Assembly: GCA_964439625.1 (NCBI GenBank)
Contig: CAYTPI010000001.1
Span: 4,948 to 68,947, forward strand
DNA: 64,000 bases
Source: an uncultured Anaerolineae bacterium
Lineage (GTDB): Bacteria; Chloroflexota; Anaerolineae; Aggregatilineales; UBA3940
Direction of reading: 5' to 3'
The notes under the pieces are model-generated. The model searched no databases and was not told the origin of the DNA. It was given only the letters and a program-made list of their open reading frames with translations. Shown piece by piece: positions 53,300-62,961 of the stretch (its first letter is position 1; every line of letters starts with the position of its first letter). A program made the position numbers and the translations under genes.

Positions 53300-55384
53300 A
53301 TGTCCCAAGACGACCATCCTGACGATATTTCTGCGCTTTATGATGAGCTGTTTGCAGATGACCCCCCTGCGCGTGACGAATCAGAAGAGCCGGAGCGAGA
53401 GTTCCCACTGATCCCAGTGATATCTGGTGTGCTGGCACTGCTGGCTGTTGCTGCTGGGGCTTTTCTGATTACGCCGCGAGTTCTGACCAACTTGAATACC
53501 CAACGCGGTGATGAAGCGTTGGCGGCGCAGAACTTCAACGCTGCGCTGAATCAGTATACAAATGCGATCAACAATGACGAGACTAATGCAGCGGCTTGGG
53601 AAGGGCGCGGGTTAGCGAATTTTGCGCTCGGCAATATCTCGCAAGCTGAAGCCGATTTTACCCAGGCGATTACGCTTGACCCGACTTTGGCGCGTTCGTA
53701 TGCCAACCGAGGCCGGATCAAGTTTGAGCGTGCGGAATACCCTGCCGCCGCCCAAGACCTGAATCAGGCACTGCTAAACGACCCGAGCAACTTCACGGCC
53801 TTATTTTTTCGTGCTCAAACGGCTGAAGAACTCAACAGTTACGAACTGGCAGTCGAAGATTACACCCGTGTTATCGAGCTTGACCCGAACAACGTGGTGG
53901 CTTATGCTAACCGGGGTGTTATTTACCTCTATCAATTTGAACAAGCCGACCAGGCTTTTGCTGATCTCACGCGGGCCATTGAACTTAACACCGACAATCC
54001 ACTAGTCTATGCCGGGCGAGGCACGATTAATTTTCGTCGCGATGATCGCGACTCTGCCCTACAAGATTTTGATCGCGCCTTGGCGCTTGACCCACTCAAT
54101 GCTGAAATCTATGAGCTACGGGGTGATATCTTCTACGAACGGGGGCTGTATCAGGAAGCACGGGCGGACTATTCAGCGGCAATTGAACTGCTGCCCGGTG
54201 CGGCTCGTTTGGTCGTCAAGCGGGGTAATGCCCTGCGAGAGTTGGGTCTATTCGATGTTGCATTGGAGGACTACAACCGGGCCTTGGTGCTTGATACAAA
54301 CTTCGCGCCGGCCTACAACAACCGCGGCACGATCTACTTTGAGCGTGGTGATTTCGTCGCCGCCCGGGTGGACTTTGAACGCGCCGCGCAGATCAACCCT
54401 GGTGACCCCAACGCCCTCTCAAACTTGGCCCGTATCTACACTGAGGATGGCGACTTCGAGCAGGCTATCGCCGTCTTTGATCAACTGATCTTGTTGAATC
54501 CAGACTTCGCCGATGCTTATATTGGGCGGGGCAATGTCTACTTCCGGCAGGAGGCATATGAGGCTGCTCTTACGGACTACACCACGGCTGTTGACCTCGG
54601 TACGCAAACGGGTGCTTTGTACTTCAACCGGGCCCGTACCTATGCCGAACTTGGGCAGGTTGAGGCAGCACTATCTGACTATACGCTTGCCATCGAAGTC
54701 CAGCCCACTCTAGCACAGGCTTACCGTGGGCGCGGTGAGTTGCTGCTGGAGCAGCAGGCTTATGATCGGGCCATTGAAGACCTTAATGCTGCGCTTCAAC
54801 TTGACGCGAACTTGAATATCGTCTACATCAGCCGTGGACGGGCTTGGTCGGCCTTAGGTGAATTTGAAAATGCTCTTGGGGACTACAACCTCGCGATTGA
54901 CCTCAACCCAGATAGTGGAGACGCTTACTTCGAGCGGGGCGTTGTCAACAGCAGCCTGCGTCGTTGGGATGCCGCTGTCACAGATTACACCCTCGCAATT
55001 GAGCGGGGTGTACGCACTGGCGAAGTCTACTATCGGCTGGCGCAGGCCTCATACCTTCAAGGGGTGTACGATCAAGCTGCTGCCGATTTTGCCACGGCGG
55101 CTGAACTTGACCCAGCCTACGTGGTCGAAAATGCCACTGAGGCACTCAATGCTGATGCCAATGCGGTATGGGCCCATTTTGCTCGTGGGTTTGCCTCGGA
55201 GCAAATTGGCGAACTGCGCCAGGCTCTTGATGATTATGTGTTGTTCGTAAACCTGCACCCCGGTGAAGAAGATGCCATGCGCGAGGATGCAGAAGCCCGG
55301 GTTGACTTCCTGCAAACCGTTGACCTTGATGCTCCGCTGCCGGAAACTGAACCCTTAGAAGAGATGCCAGCCCCAACTGAATAA
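53300..55384 (+). CDS. TPR-repeat protein with N-terminal TM anchor
   Basis: ATG 53300 (MSQDDHP). TM VISGVLALLAVAAGAFLI. Then about 16 consecutive 34-residue TPR units (A..Y..AI.LDP..A.AY.NRG). Confidence 0.9.
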   Translation: MSQDDHPDDISALYDELFADDPPARDESEEPEREFPLIPVISGVLALLAVAAGAFLITPRVLTNLNTQRGDEALAAQNFNAALNQYTNAINNDETNAAAWEGRGLANFALGNISQAEADFTQAITLDPTLARSYANRGRIKFERAEYPAAAQDLNQALLNDPSNFTALFFRAQTAEELNSYELAVEDYTRVIELDPNNVVAYANRGVIYLYQFEQADQAFADLTRAIELNTDNPLVYAGRGTINFRRDDRDSALQDFDRALALDPLNAEIYELRGDIFYERGLYQEARADYSAAIELLPGAARLVVKRGNALRELGLFDVALEDYNRALVLDTNFAPAYNNRGTIYFERGDFVAARVDFERAAQINPGDPNALSNLARIYTEDGDFEQAIAVFDQLILLNPDFADAYIGRGNVYFRQEAYEAALTDYTTAVDLGTQTGALYFNRARTYAELGQVEAALSDYTLAIEVQPTLAQAYRGRGELLLEQQAYDRAIEDLNAALQLDANLNIVYISRGRAWSALGEFENALGDYNLAIDLNPDSGDAYFERGVVNSSLRRWDAAVTDYTLAIERGVRTGEVYYRLAQASYLQGVYDQAAADFATAAELDPAYVVENATEALNADANAVWAHFARGFASEQIGELRQALDDYVLFVNLHPGEEDAMREDAEARVDFLQTVDLDAPLPETEPLEEMPAPTE

Positions 55385-55430
55385 AGCCAACGCTTAGATT
55401 GATCTGATCGAGTAATCGCAGCGAACGCAT

Positions 55431-55464
55431 AAGCGGACGGTGAAATAAATCTAGCCGTCCGCTT
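55431..55464. terminator. 10-bp perfect hairpin between convergent genes
   Basis: AAGCGGACGG (55431-55440) pairs with CCGTCCGCTT (55455-55464). No clear U-tract. Confidence 0.45.
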
Positions 55465-55560
55465 GCTGCTAGACCTTAAGGTCGACCACACCATCCGAGC
55501 GCCTGCCTTCTATAACCTGCCCATTACGCACACGCCTCAAACTGTTGATCTGGTTAATTG

Positions 55561-56670
55561 CTAGTCATCGCCATCATCGTCATCATCGTCATCGCCATCA
55601 TCGTCATCGCCATCATCGTCATCGCCATCATCGTCATCACCGCCATCATCGTCATCGCCATCATCGTCATCACTGCTGTTATCGTCATCACCGCCGTCGT
55701 TGCTGTCAGGTGGTGGGTTGTTTTCCTCAACTTGCTCAGGCTCTATGGTTGTAGTCGGTGGTGTCTCGATAATGGGCTGTTCTTCTAAAATGTCATCATC
55801 TGTTGGTTCTGTCTCGATAGGAACCACCTCAAAGAATTCCGCTGGTGTTTCTTCTAAGGTGTCATCGAGGTCATCTTCTACGGTCTGGGCTGCATCGCTC
55901 TCGCCAGTTGGGTTGGGTTCTTCGACTTCATCGACATTCTCAACGCCCCCTCTCGTAGGATCGTCATTGTCGTCGTTCTCCGGCACTGTTTCAGTCTCAG
56001 CGTTATCCTTCAGGCTATTTGAGGTGTCGGACTCATCATGATCGAGGATCGGCGCGAGTTCGTCGTCAAGGTCGTATTGGTCAGAAAGCGCATGGATTTC
56101 AGCTTCAAGCTCTGTTGATATATCTTCTAGATCTAGAACAGCATCGCGCAGCAGAACAGCGCCAGTCGTGCGCTCTTGTGCGGTTAGGTTCGGGTCTTGT
56201 AACTCAGTGAGCCGTTCTACTGCTATTTCACGAAGTAACTCGGTTTGCTGCGTCTCATTAGCAAGCCGCAGGCGCTGCTGCTCAATAGTGCGGTCTAACC
56301 CATACAATGGATCACCAGGGCCGGCTCCGTCAGCTGCTATCCCTGTAATCGCTGTACCGGCGATGAAGATGGCTGCGGCCAGCGCAGACCAAGTAGTGAC
56401 AAACCGCACGAACTGCTGAACACCGGTAAAGCGCCGAGGGGCAAACAATTCATCTTCGACGCTGGTTTTATTCTGCATGGGAGACCAAGCCTGCGTGGTG
56501 GCTTCCTCGTTTGCCAGCGCATGCTGCATAAATTCACGCCGCGCTATGTTGGAAGCCGCAATGAAATCCGCCTTGGCGATTGCCCGGCGCTGTGCGTCGA
56601 GTGGGGGGGGCGATACTGCTGCTGCCACTAGAATATCTATCACAGCTTGATATTGTCTTAAATTGTCCAT
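55561..56670 (-). CDS. anti-sigma-factor-like membrane protein with DUF5667-like domain and poly-Asp C-terminal tail
   Basis: Start overlaps the sigma gene stop by 1 nt. TM WSALAAAIFIAGTAITGIAA followed by GPGDPLYGLDRTIEQQRL (DUF5667-type motif). Acidic C-terminus ends in (DDDDG)n. Confidence 0.7.
   Translation of the reverse strand: MDNLRQYQAVIDILVAAAVSPPPLDAQRRAIAKADFIAASNIARREFMQHALANEEATTQAWSPMQNKTSVEDELFAPRRFTGVQQFVRFVTTWSALAAAIFIAGTAITGIAADGAGPGDPLYGLDRTIEQQRLRLANETQQTELLREIAVERLTELQDPNLTAQERTTGAVLLRDAVLDLEDISTELEAEIHALSDQYDLDDELAPILDHDESDTSNSLKDNAETETVPENDDNDDPTRGGVENVDEVEEPNPTGESDAAQTVEDDLDDTLEETPAEFFEVVPIETEPTDDDILEEQPIIETPPTTTIEPEQVEENNPPPDSNDGGDDDNSSDDDDGDDDDGGDDDDGDDDDGDDDDGDDDDDDDGDD
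55564..55700 (-). repeat. 15-bp tandem repeat GCCATCATCGTCATC (encodes DDDDG on the - strand)
   Basis: Six exact copies at 55570, 55594, 55609, 55624, 55642 and 55657. The three at 55594-55638 are perfectly tandem. Flanked by degenerate GTCATC units. Confidence 0.9.
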
Positions 56671-57224
56671 TATACACTCTCCGTGATTAATTCGAGGGCA
56701 GCGAATTCATTCTTCAAGACGGCAAGCGCGCGCTGCTGGAGTTTGAGCACAGCCCGCTCTGAGATGTCCAAAATGTCTGCGATCTCACCGTTGGTCAGTC
56801 CTTCAAAGAACTTCAAAGTAATGACATCGCGCTGCTTGTCAGTGAGGGCCTCCAGCGCTTGATGAACTTGCTCCGTTAGGATCGCGTTTTCACCGGCGCG
56901 ACTCATACCCCCAGTGGTTTTTAGGATGTCTTCGACAAGTTCCTCATGTTTGCGAACTTTCTGCCTCCGCGACTCGTCAATGACTATGTTGTGAGCAACT
57001 TGGTACAGCCATGCTTTCAGATTATTCGTCGGACCTTTGCCTTCTTGCAGCCTTGAAATCAATTTCTGAAAGACCTCTTGCGCCATGTCTTCCGCCGTTT
57101 CTTGGTGGCGCACATGATGAAATAAGTATCGATAAATTGGGTCAAAGTAGTGTTCAAAGATATCTTCGAATGCACCTGGTTCAAATGTTTGCGCCCTTTG
57201 TAGCAGTCTATTGTCATTTGCCAT
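56670..57224 (-). CDS. ECF RNA polymerase sigma factor
   Basis: Region 2 (FEDIFEHYFDPIYRYLFHHV...AEDMAQEVFQKL) and region 4 HTH (KFFEGLTNGEIADILDISERAVLKLQQRA). Confidence 0.9.
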   Translation of the reverse strand: MANDNRLLQRAQTFEPGAFEDIFEHYFDPIYRYLFHHVRHQETAEDMAQEVFQKLISRLQEGKGPTNNLKAWLYQVAHNIVIDESRRQKVRKHEELVEDILKTTGGMSRAGENAILTEQVHQALEALTDKQRDVITLKFFEGLTNGEIADILDISERAVLKLQQRALAVLKNEFAALELITESV

Positions 57225-57414
57225 AAGCTACTTCCTAATTAACTTACCTGTCATATAATAAGACGTATAACTCCGACATTGACTGAACATCGATGTCCTT
57301 GATTCGCCAAAAACGAGGCCATCCACCCTGCTTAACCACCGGAATTGCTCCGTTTTAGCAGATGTGCTACTGTGTCATTGAATGAGTCAAAGATAGCATA
57401 GCTTGCTATCGTAA

Positions 57415-59118
57415 ATGGTGCTTATGGAAAATAGTCCCAAGCCTACAGACCCAACTGACAACAGCCCACGCCGCCCATCTGATCCATGGGGCGTGAAGAA
57501 GATCATCCCTTCTAATGACGAGATGCTAACGCAAGCAGCGGCTGGTGCAGCGTATCCACCAGAGGTTTCTGTTGTGGATGACTCCGTTCAGCCTGAAATT
57601 CCGGCGGGCAAACCCCTTGCTGATTTGCCAGAGCCGCAAGGCGAACCGATCATGCGCTTGCCGCGGATTCGTATCCCTGACGAGGGCCTCGAAGAGGATG
57701 CACCAAAACCAAGGTCTGCCCGTCCCCGAAAGCCGCCGGATGCATTGCCAACGGTGGCGCGAGATGAACCAGTCACGCAGATTCTGGATACCAACCAGCC
57801 TGTTCTGTTTAAGCAACCTGATCAGCCATCTGTCGAACAAGTGACGGGGCACTTCGTAGTCACAGAGACGGGTGCGGGGGTGGTGGATAATGAAACCCAG
57901 TCTACCGATGCGGTTACCGAGTCCGAGCCGCCGACCACAGAGAGTGCTGTTCCTAAAGGGAGTTTCACCCCGACAGGTAAACACCCGAAGGCGTCGGATG
58001 ACACCACTCGCCGAGCTGGGTTTAAGCTGACGGATTATTGGTTGTCGCTGGTCTTGACGGCGATCATCGTGGCGACGGGTGCGACCATCTTGATCGTGCA
58101 GCAGTTTGCCGATGTCCTGACAGGCACAGCGGGAAATGCCGATGTCAAAACGGGTATCAGCCAGATCGAAGATGATGTACCCGGCGCGCCCGTTACGTCA
58201 GGGCCCCGTGCTGTGACGGACGACGGCAATCCGGCGCTGCCAGCTTATGCACAGGGGCAGGTTGTCTTTTCGTCCAATCGCGCTGAGGATTTTGACCTAT
58301 ATTTGTTGGATATGGCGAGCGGAGCTGTTGAACAGCTCGTCGGTCTGAATGAGAGCGATGAGCGCGACCCCAGTTGGTCGCCCAATGGGCAGCAGATTGC
58401 GTTTGTTTCGGGCAGTAACATTTTCGTGACGGATCAGTTTGGCGGCAGCGTCAGGCAGATCACCGACAGTGACGCAGCCGACCGCTCACCGAGATGGACA
58501 GTAGATGGCACCGGCATCATTTTCTCGCGAGAGAGTATTGATGGCAGTACCTTCTATACTGTTGCCGTAGGCTGTGGTGCAGCGACCGATGAAACGTGTG
58601 AAGCAGATATCACGCCAATTGACATTGAGGGCTTTAATCGGTTCCCTCAAATTCTTGGCGACAATACACTGCTTTACACCACAGCGCAGTTTGTCGGGCG
58701 TCCGTCTCGCATTGTGAGCTTAAACCTCCGAACTTTGAACGCTACTGAGCTAGCTGGTACCGGCACGTCTGACTTTTTTCCGGTCGCATCGCCAGACCAA
58801 TCTCAGATTGCGTTTGTATCCTTTGCGGAAGGCGACGCGGGTGACAACGATATCTGGTTGATGGCGCGTGATGGGTCAAACGCCGTCCGCTTGACTGCCA
58901 ACCCGGCAAACGACGTCGAGCCAAGCTTCTCGCCAGATGGGAACTGGCTGATGTTCGCCTCTAATCGCAGTTCCGACAGTAACTTTGAACTCTACGCTCT
59001 TGACCTGACGTGCGTTGAACGCTTGGCAAACGCCCCGAACGCCTGTGAAGAGACGCTTGTCCCCATCGTTGAGAACCTCGCGGATGACCTTGCCCCAGCT
59101 TGGGGTGCTGCACCCTAG
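57415..59118 (+). CDS. TolB-like PD40 beta-propeller protein with disordered cytoplasmic N-terminus and one TM
   Basis: TM YWLSLVLTAIIVATGATILIV. PD40 units DPSWSPNGQQIAFVS, DRSPRWTVDGTGIIFSRE, FFPVASPDQSQIAFVS and DVEPSFSPDGNWLMFASNR. Confidence 0.85.
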   Translation: MVLMENSPKPTDPTDNSPRRPSDPWGVKKIIPSNDEMLTQAAAGAAYPPEVSVVDDSVQPEIPAGKPLADLPEPQGEPIMRLPRIRIPDEGLEEDAPKPRSARPRKPPDALPTVARDEPVTQILDTNQPVLFKQPDQPSVEQVTGHFVVTETGAGVVDNETQSTDAVTESEPPTTESAVPKGSFTPTGKHPKASDDTTRRAGFKLTDYWLSLVLTAIIVATGATILIVQQFADVLTGTAGNADVKTGISQIEDDVPGAPVTSGPRAVTDDGNPALPAYAQGQVVFSSNRAEDFDLYLLDMASGAVEQLVGLNESDERDPSWSPNGQQIAFVSGSNIFVTDQFGGSVRQITDSDAADRSPRWTVDGTGIIFSRESIDGSTFYTVAVGCGAATDETCEADITPIDIEGFNRFPQILGDNTLLYTTAQFVGRPSRIVSLNLRTLNATELAGTGTSDFFPVASPDQSQIAFVSFAEGDAGDNDIWLMARDGSNAVRLTANPANDVEPSFSPDGNWLMFASNRSSDSNFELYALDLTCVERLANAPNACEETLVPIVENLADDLAPAWGAAP

Positions 59119-59277
59119 GTCAGCAGATCGTCTCACGTTAACGCTTAACTTTGGGAGCAGTGCACCCACCCGTGCCAGCATTACCTACAGATGGCAGGGC
59201 GATATCGTCTCCGATTATGCTAAATTACGCACTTGACGAGTACCCTGAGTTAGATTGCGGTTAGCTCGAATTTTTTT

Positions 59278-59305
59278 TTGACCTTGCCTGTGCTACACTT
59301 AGGAT
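59278..59305 (+). promoter_or_regulatory. candidate sigma-70 promoter with T-rich UP-like element
   Basis: TTGACC, a 16-nt spacer, then TAGGAT. Preceded by a T9 run. 45 nt upstream of ATG 59350. Confidence 0.35.
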
Positions 59306-59349
59306 GCCATAAGATTCTACTATGTGCGCTCGCTTAACAGGCTCAGGGT

Positions 59350-59736
59350 ATGTCCAAAAAAATTCTTATCGCCGAGGATCAACCAGATAGTCGGCAGTTG
59401 CTCGAAGATATTCTCGCACGATTCCAGTCATCCGGAGTTATAATCTTGACGGCCCGTGACGGGATCGAAGCATACGAGATCGCACAGTCGGCTCAACCTG
59501 ACCTGATCTTGTTGGACATCATGATGCCCGGTCTGAGCGGCTACCAAGTCTGCGAGAAGGTCAAGGGTGACCCTGAATTGAACCACGCATACATCATTAT
59601 GGTCTCCGCAAAGACGCAAGCCGACGACCGCAAACAGGCGGCGCTGGCAGGCGCTGATGAGTACGTCACCAAGCCATTTGATATGCGCCTGATTATTGAG
59701 CGTGTGCAGGCCGTCCTCGACGTCAAGATGTCTTAA
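59350..59736 (+). CDS. CheY-like single-domain response regulator
   Basis: ILIAEDQPD, DLILLDIMMPGLSG, IIMVSAK and YVTKPF give all receiver signature positions. Confidence 0.9.
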   Translation: MSKKILIAEDQPDSRQLLEDILARFQSSGVIILTARDGIEAYEIAQSAQPDLILLDIMMPGLSGYQVCEKVKGDPELNHAYIIMVSAKTQADDRKQAALAGADEYVTKPFDMRLIIERVQAVLDVKMS

Positions 59737-59850
59737 CGCATTGTCTGAACAGCTTTACTTCAATTCTTACGTAAAGCCAACCTTCAAAGCGCTACAATAA
59801 GCGCACCGTATAAAAACAATCAATTCAATTACACAATGGAGGAGCGTCGT

Positions 59851-61749
59851 ATGGAGAACACGCAGTCCTATACCTTCCAAGCTGAGATACAACAGGTGCT
59901 CAATATTTTGATTCACTCGTTGTATAAGGATCGTGAAATCTTCTTGCGTGAGTTGATTTCGAATGCCTCAGATGCCTTGAACCGGCTTCAGTTTGAGATG
60001 CTGACCAACCGCGACGTGCTCGATGCTGACCAACCGCTGACGATTACGCTGATCCCAGATGCCGACAAGCGCACGTTGATCATCAGCGATACGGGCATCG
60101 GCATGACAGCAGAGGAGATGGTCGATAGTTTGGGTGTCATCGCACGCAGCGGGGCCAAGAACTTCTTGGAGCAGGTGCAGTCAGGCGATGGAGGCACTGT
60201 CTCAGAGGATATCATTGGGCAGTTTGGTGTTGGCTTTTACAGCGTTTTTATGGTGGCAGAACGGGTTGAAGTCATTTCGCGCTCTTTTGATAAAGATGCC
60301 GAGGCCGCGATGTGGGTCAGTGATGGCGAAAGTGGCTATGAGATCATGCCTACCGAGAAGGACACCCGTGGTACGGATATTATCATCTATTTGCGCGAAG
60401 ATGCTGATGAGTTTACCCAGCCCTACCGCTTGACCCAGATCATCAAGCGCCACTCTGATTACGTTAACTTCCCAATCTACATTCAGAAGTTCGGTGAAGA
60501 GCCTGATGAAGACCCGCAGCCCGTCAACCAGCAAGCGGCGCTCTGGCGCAAGAACCCTAATGAGGTTGAACAGGAAGAGTACGATAATTTTTACCAAACA
60601 TTGACTCTCGACTTCCAGCCACCGCAGATGGTCGTCCATACGCGCAGTGACGCCCCGGTGCAGTTGTACTCGGTGTTGTTCGTGCCATCGACAGCACAGG
60701 GCAGCATCCTCAGCCCACGCATAGAACCGGGCCTAAAACTGTACAACCGTAAAGTCTTGATTCAAGAATACACCACCGATTTACTGCCGGAGTATTTGGT
60801 CTTTGTCCAAGGTGTGGTTGACAGCGAAGATCTGCCGCTGAACGTCAGCCGCGAGACGATCCAGTCCAACCCGATGACGCAGAAGATCAAGCGTATTCTG
60901 ACCAAACGTGTACTCAGCGAACTGAAGACGCTGTCACGTGAAGACCCGGAGAAGTATGCGGTCTTCTGGAAAGAATTTGGGCAGATGATCAAGCAAGGTG
61001 TGTTCACGCACACTGACGATCAAGATCGTTTGCTGCCGCTGTTGCGCTTCTACTCTGACCAGAGCCCGGATGAGTTAATCTCATTTGAGAATTACATCGC
61101 GAATTTCGCTAAGGGCCAGAACGACATCTACTATGTGGTTGCTGAGGGGCACGAAACGGCCCGTGTTAGTCCGCACCTCGATGCCTTCCGTGCGCGTGGC
61201 ATCGACGTCCTCTACATGACGGACACGGTCGATGGCTTCCTTGTGCCCGCTTTGCTCGCATACGAGGGGCATAAGCTGATCGCGGCTGACTCGGAAGACC
61301 TAGACCTCGATGGCATTGGCACCCGCCCGGAGCAAGAACCTGACGAAGCCCCACTTGAGCAAGCAGAGCGTGATAATCTGGTGGGGTTCATCAAAGAAGC
61401 GTTGGGTGAGCAGGTAGTTGATGTCCGCGAAAGTAAGGTGCTGTCGCTCCACAGCCCTGCCCGCTTGGCGGCGACGCAAGGCTCGCTGGATAAGCACCAG
61501 CAGCGGCTGTACAAAATGCTGGAGCAAGATTTTTCGATGCCGACCCATATCTTTGAAGTCAACCCCCGGCATCCGATTCTAAAAGGGATTTCAGCCCGCA
61601 TTGAGCGCGGCCTCGACCAAGAAGCCAAGCACGCTGTAGATGTGTTGTATCAGTCAGCGTTATTGGCGGATGGCCTCCACCCAAACCCGGCAGAACTGAC
61701 CAACAGTATTCAAGCGTTGTTGGCGGTGACGCTCGCTGATGACGTGTAA
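59851..61749 (+). CDS. htpG: molecular chaperone HtpG (Hsp90)
   Basis: FQAEIQQVLNILIHSLYKDREIFLRELISNASDALNRL, DTGIGMT and GQFGVGFYS. ATG 59851 lies 6 nt after GGAGGAG. Confidence 0.95.
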   Translation: MENTQSYTFQAEIQQVLNILIHSLYKDREIFLRELISNASDALNRLQFEMLTNRDVLDADQPLTITLIPDADKRTLIISDTGIGMTAEEMVDSLGVIARSGAKNFLEQVQSGDGGTVSEDIIGQFGVGFYSVFMVAERVEVISRSFDKDAEAAMWVSDGESGYEIMPTEKDTRGTDIIIYLREDADEFTQPYRLTQIIKRHSDYVNFPIYIQKFGEEPDEDPQPVNQQAALWRKNPNEVEQEEYDNFYQTLTLDFQPPQMVVHTRSDAPVQLYSVLFVPSTAQGSILSPRIEPGLKLYNRKVLIQEYTTDLLPEYLVFVQGVVDSEDLPLNVSRETIQSNPMTQKIKRILTKRVLSELKTLSREDPEKYAVFWKEFGQMIKQGVFTHTDDQDRLLPLLRFYSDQSPDELISFENYIANFAKGQNDIYYVVAEGHETARVSPHLDAFRARGIDVLYMTDTVDGFLVPALLAYEGHKLIAADSEDLDLDGIGTRPEQEPDEAPLEQAERDNLVGFIKEALGEQVVDVRESKVLSLHSPARLAATQGSLDKHQQRLYKMLEQDFSMPTHIFEVNPRHPILKGISARIERGLDQEAKHAVDVLYQSALLADGLHPNPAELTNSIQALLAVTLADDV

Positions 61750-62178
61750 CCGACTATATTTGTGCGTCCTGAAGGGGCATCTCAGTAGGAAGTGCTGGGG
61801 TGCCTTCCTTGGTCTCGTTATCCATTGCTTGTCTGGAATTATGTTCACCCTCTCGCTTGCATCTGCACGTCTCGCGCTCCCCTTAAAAAAGAGGACGCAC
61901 GCAAGTGAAACTGAGTCGAAAGGGAAGCTACCGCATCTAGTTAGGCACCCTGCCCGGCTTACGCTACTTGCTAAGAGGGGCGGATGCCGAGCGGTGGCGG
62001 GCGTCAGCATTGCGCGAAAATTATTTTCGATAATTGTTGTGTGGTATCAGTACTTGTGGCAATCTGTCTTGCGCGTTAGATAAGTAACAGATGTATTATT
62101 CGCTCGAAATACGTTAATATTTGACCGATAACATCTGCTATACTTGAGTGCAACGCATCACAACCAGCCTAAAACACT

Positions 62179-62961
62179 ATGACAAACTTTTTCCGCAATG
62201 TCTTTGGGGCAGGTCAAAGTGACCCGCCCCCAGAAGAAACACTACACCCAATGCCGCCAGAGGCCCAGGCACAACTTGGGCTGGCTATTGAAGACCTTCA
62301 AGCTGAAGACCCTCAAACGTGCGCTAAAGCTGCCTTGGCAATTGATATGATGTCCGCGCATTTTGCACGCCCTGATTTACGCACGCGAGTCATCCCGCAC
62401 TTGCTGGATGCGCTCACTTCGTCCGATTATGAGACCGGTATGCGCGCCCTCGACGCCTTGGCCCGCCAGTCGTTAGTAATCGAAGATTCAGAACTGCGCG
62501 AGCAAGCTGTTCGTTATCTGACGGCTGTTGCAGGGATTGACGACGAGTACGCACGCGGCACAGCCTTCAGCATCTTGACGCCGATTGCAACTGAGAATGA
62601 GCACGCGGCACGTGTTGTGATGCCAATGCTGATCGAAACACTGAAGACATCACCGGGGCGGGATTTGCTAGCAGAAAAGGCATCAGCGCAAAGTGCTGGT
62701 GACCCCGTCGGGGCGGAGACGCTGCAAGCCGTGGCTGATGCCATGCGCGCTGAAAGCAACCTCCGCAGCAAAGCGGCACAGGCCATCGGCTTGATCGGTG
62801 CCAGCTTTGGTGAAGTGGCTCGCCCTGCGGTGCCGCTGCTGGTCGAGGCGGCCCAGCAGCCGGAAGACTATTGGCTCAGTGCTATGGCGACCGATGCCCT
62901 GATGCAGATTGATGTGCCGGAGGTCAAAGCATTTATTGCAGAGTTGGCTGACGATGCGTAA
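62179..62961 (+). CDS. HEAT-repeat protein
   Basis: Repeated helical hairpins of HEAT/PBS-lyase style (RSKAAQAIGLIG...AVPLLVEAA). Confidence 0.7.
   Translation: MTNFFRNVFGAGQSDPPPEETLHPMPPEAQAQLGLAIEDLQAEDPQTCAKAALAIDMMSAHFARPDLRTRVIPHLLDALTSSDYETGMRALDALARQSLVIEDSELREQAVRYLTAVAGIDDEYARGTAFSILTPIATENEHAARVVMPMLIETLKTSPGRDLLAEKASAQSAGDPVGAETLQAVADAMRAESNLRSKAAQAIGLIGASFGEVARPAVPLLVEAAQQPEDYWLSAMATDALMQIDVPEVKAFIAELADDA

Noticed and set aside
55545-55788. His/Arg-rich (HRHHRHHRH...) and Ile/Val-rich ORFs on the + strand
   Set aside because: These are alternative readings of the 15-bp GCCATCATCGTCATC repeat that encodes the poly-Asp tail on the - strand. They are artefacts of the repeat and not metal-binding peptides.
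61760-62010. Possible RNase P RNA, SRP RNA or tmRNA on the - strand (local matches GGGCAGGGUGCC and UAAGCCGGGC, AAGGAAG, UUCGAC)
   Set aside because: The universally conserved GAGGAAAGUCC and ACAGAA..CGGCUUA elements are absent and the segment is about 100 nt too short for bacterial RNase P. There is no tRNA-like 3' end for tmRNA and no GGAAGCAGCC SRP core. It is kept only as an unclassified structured-RNA candidate.
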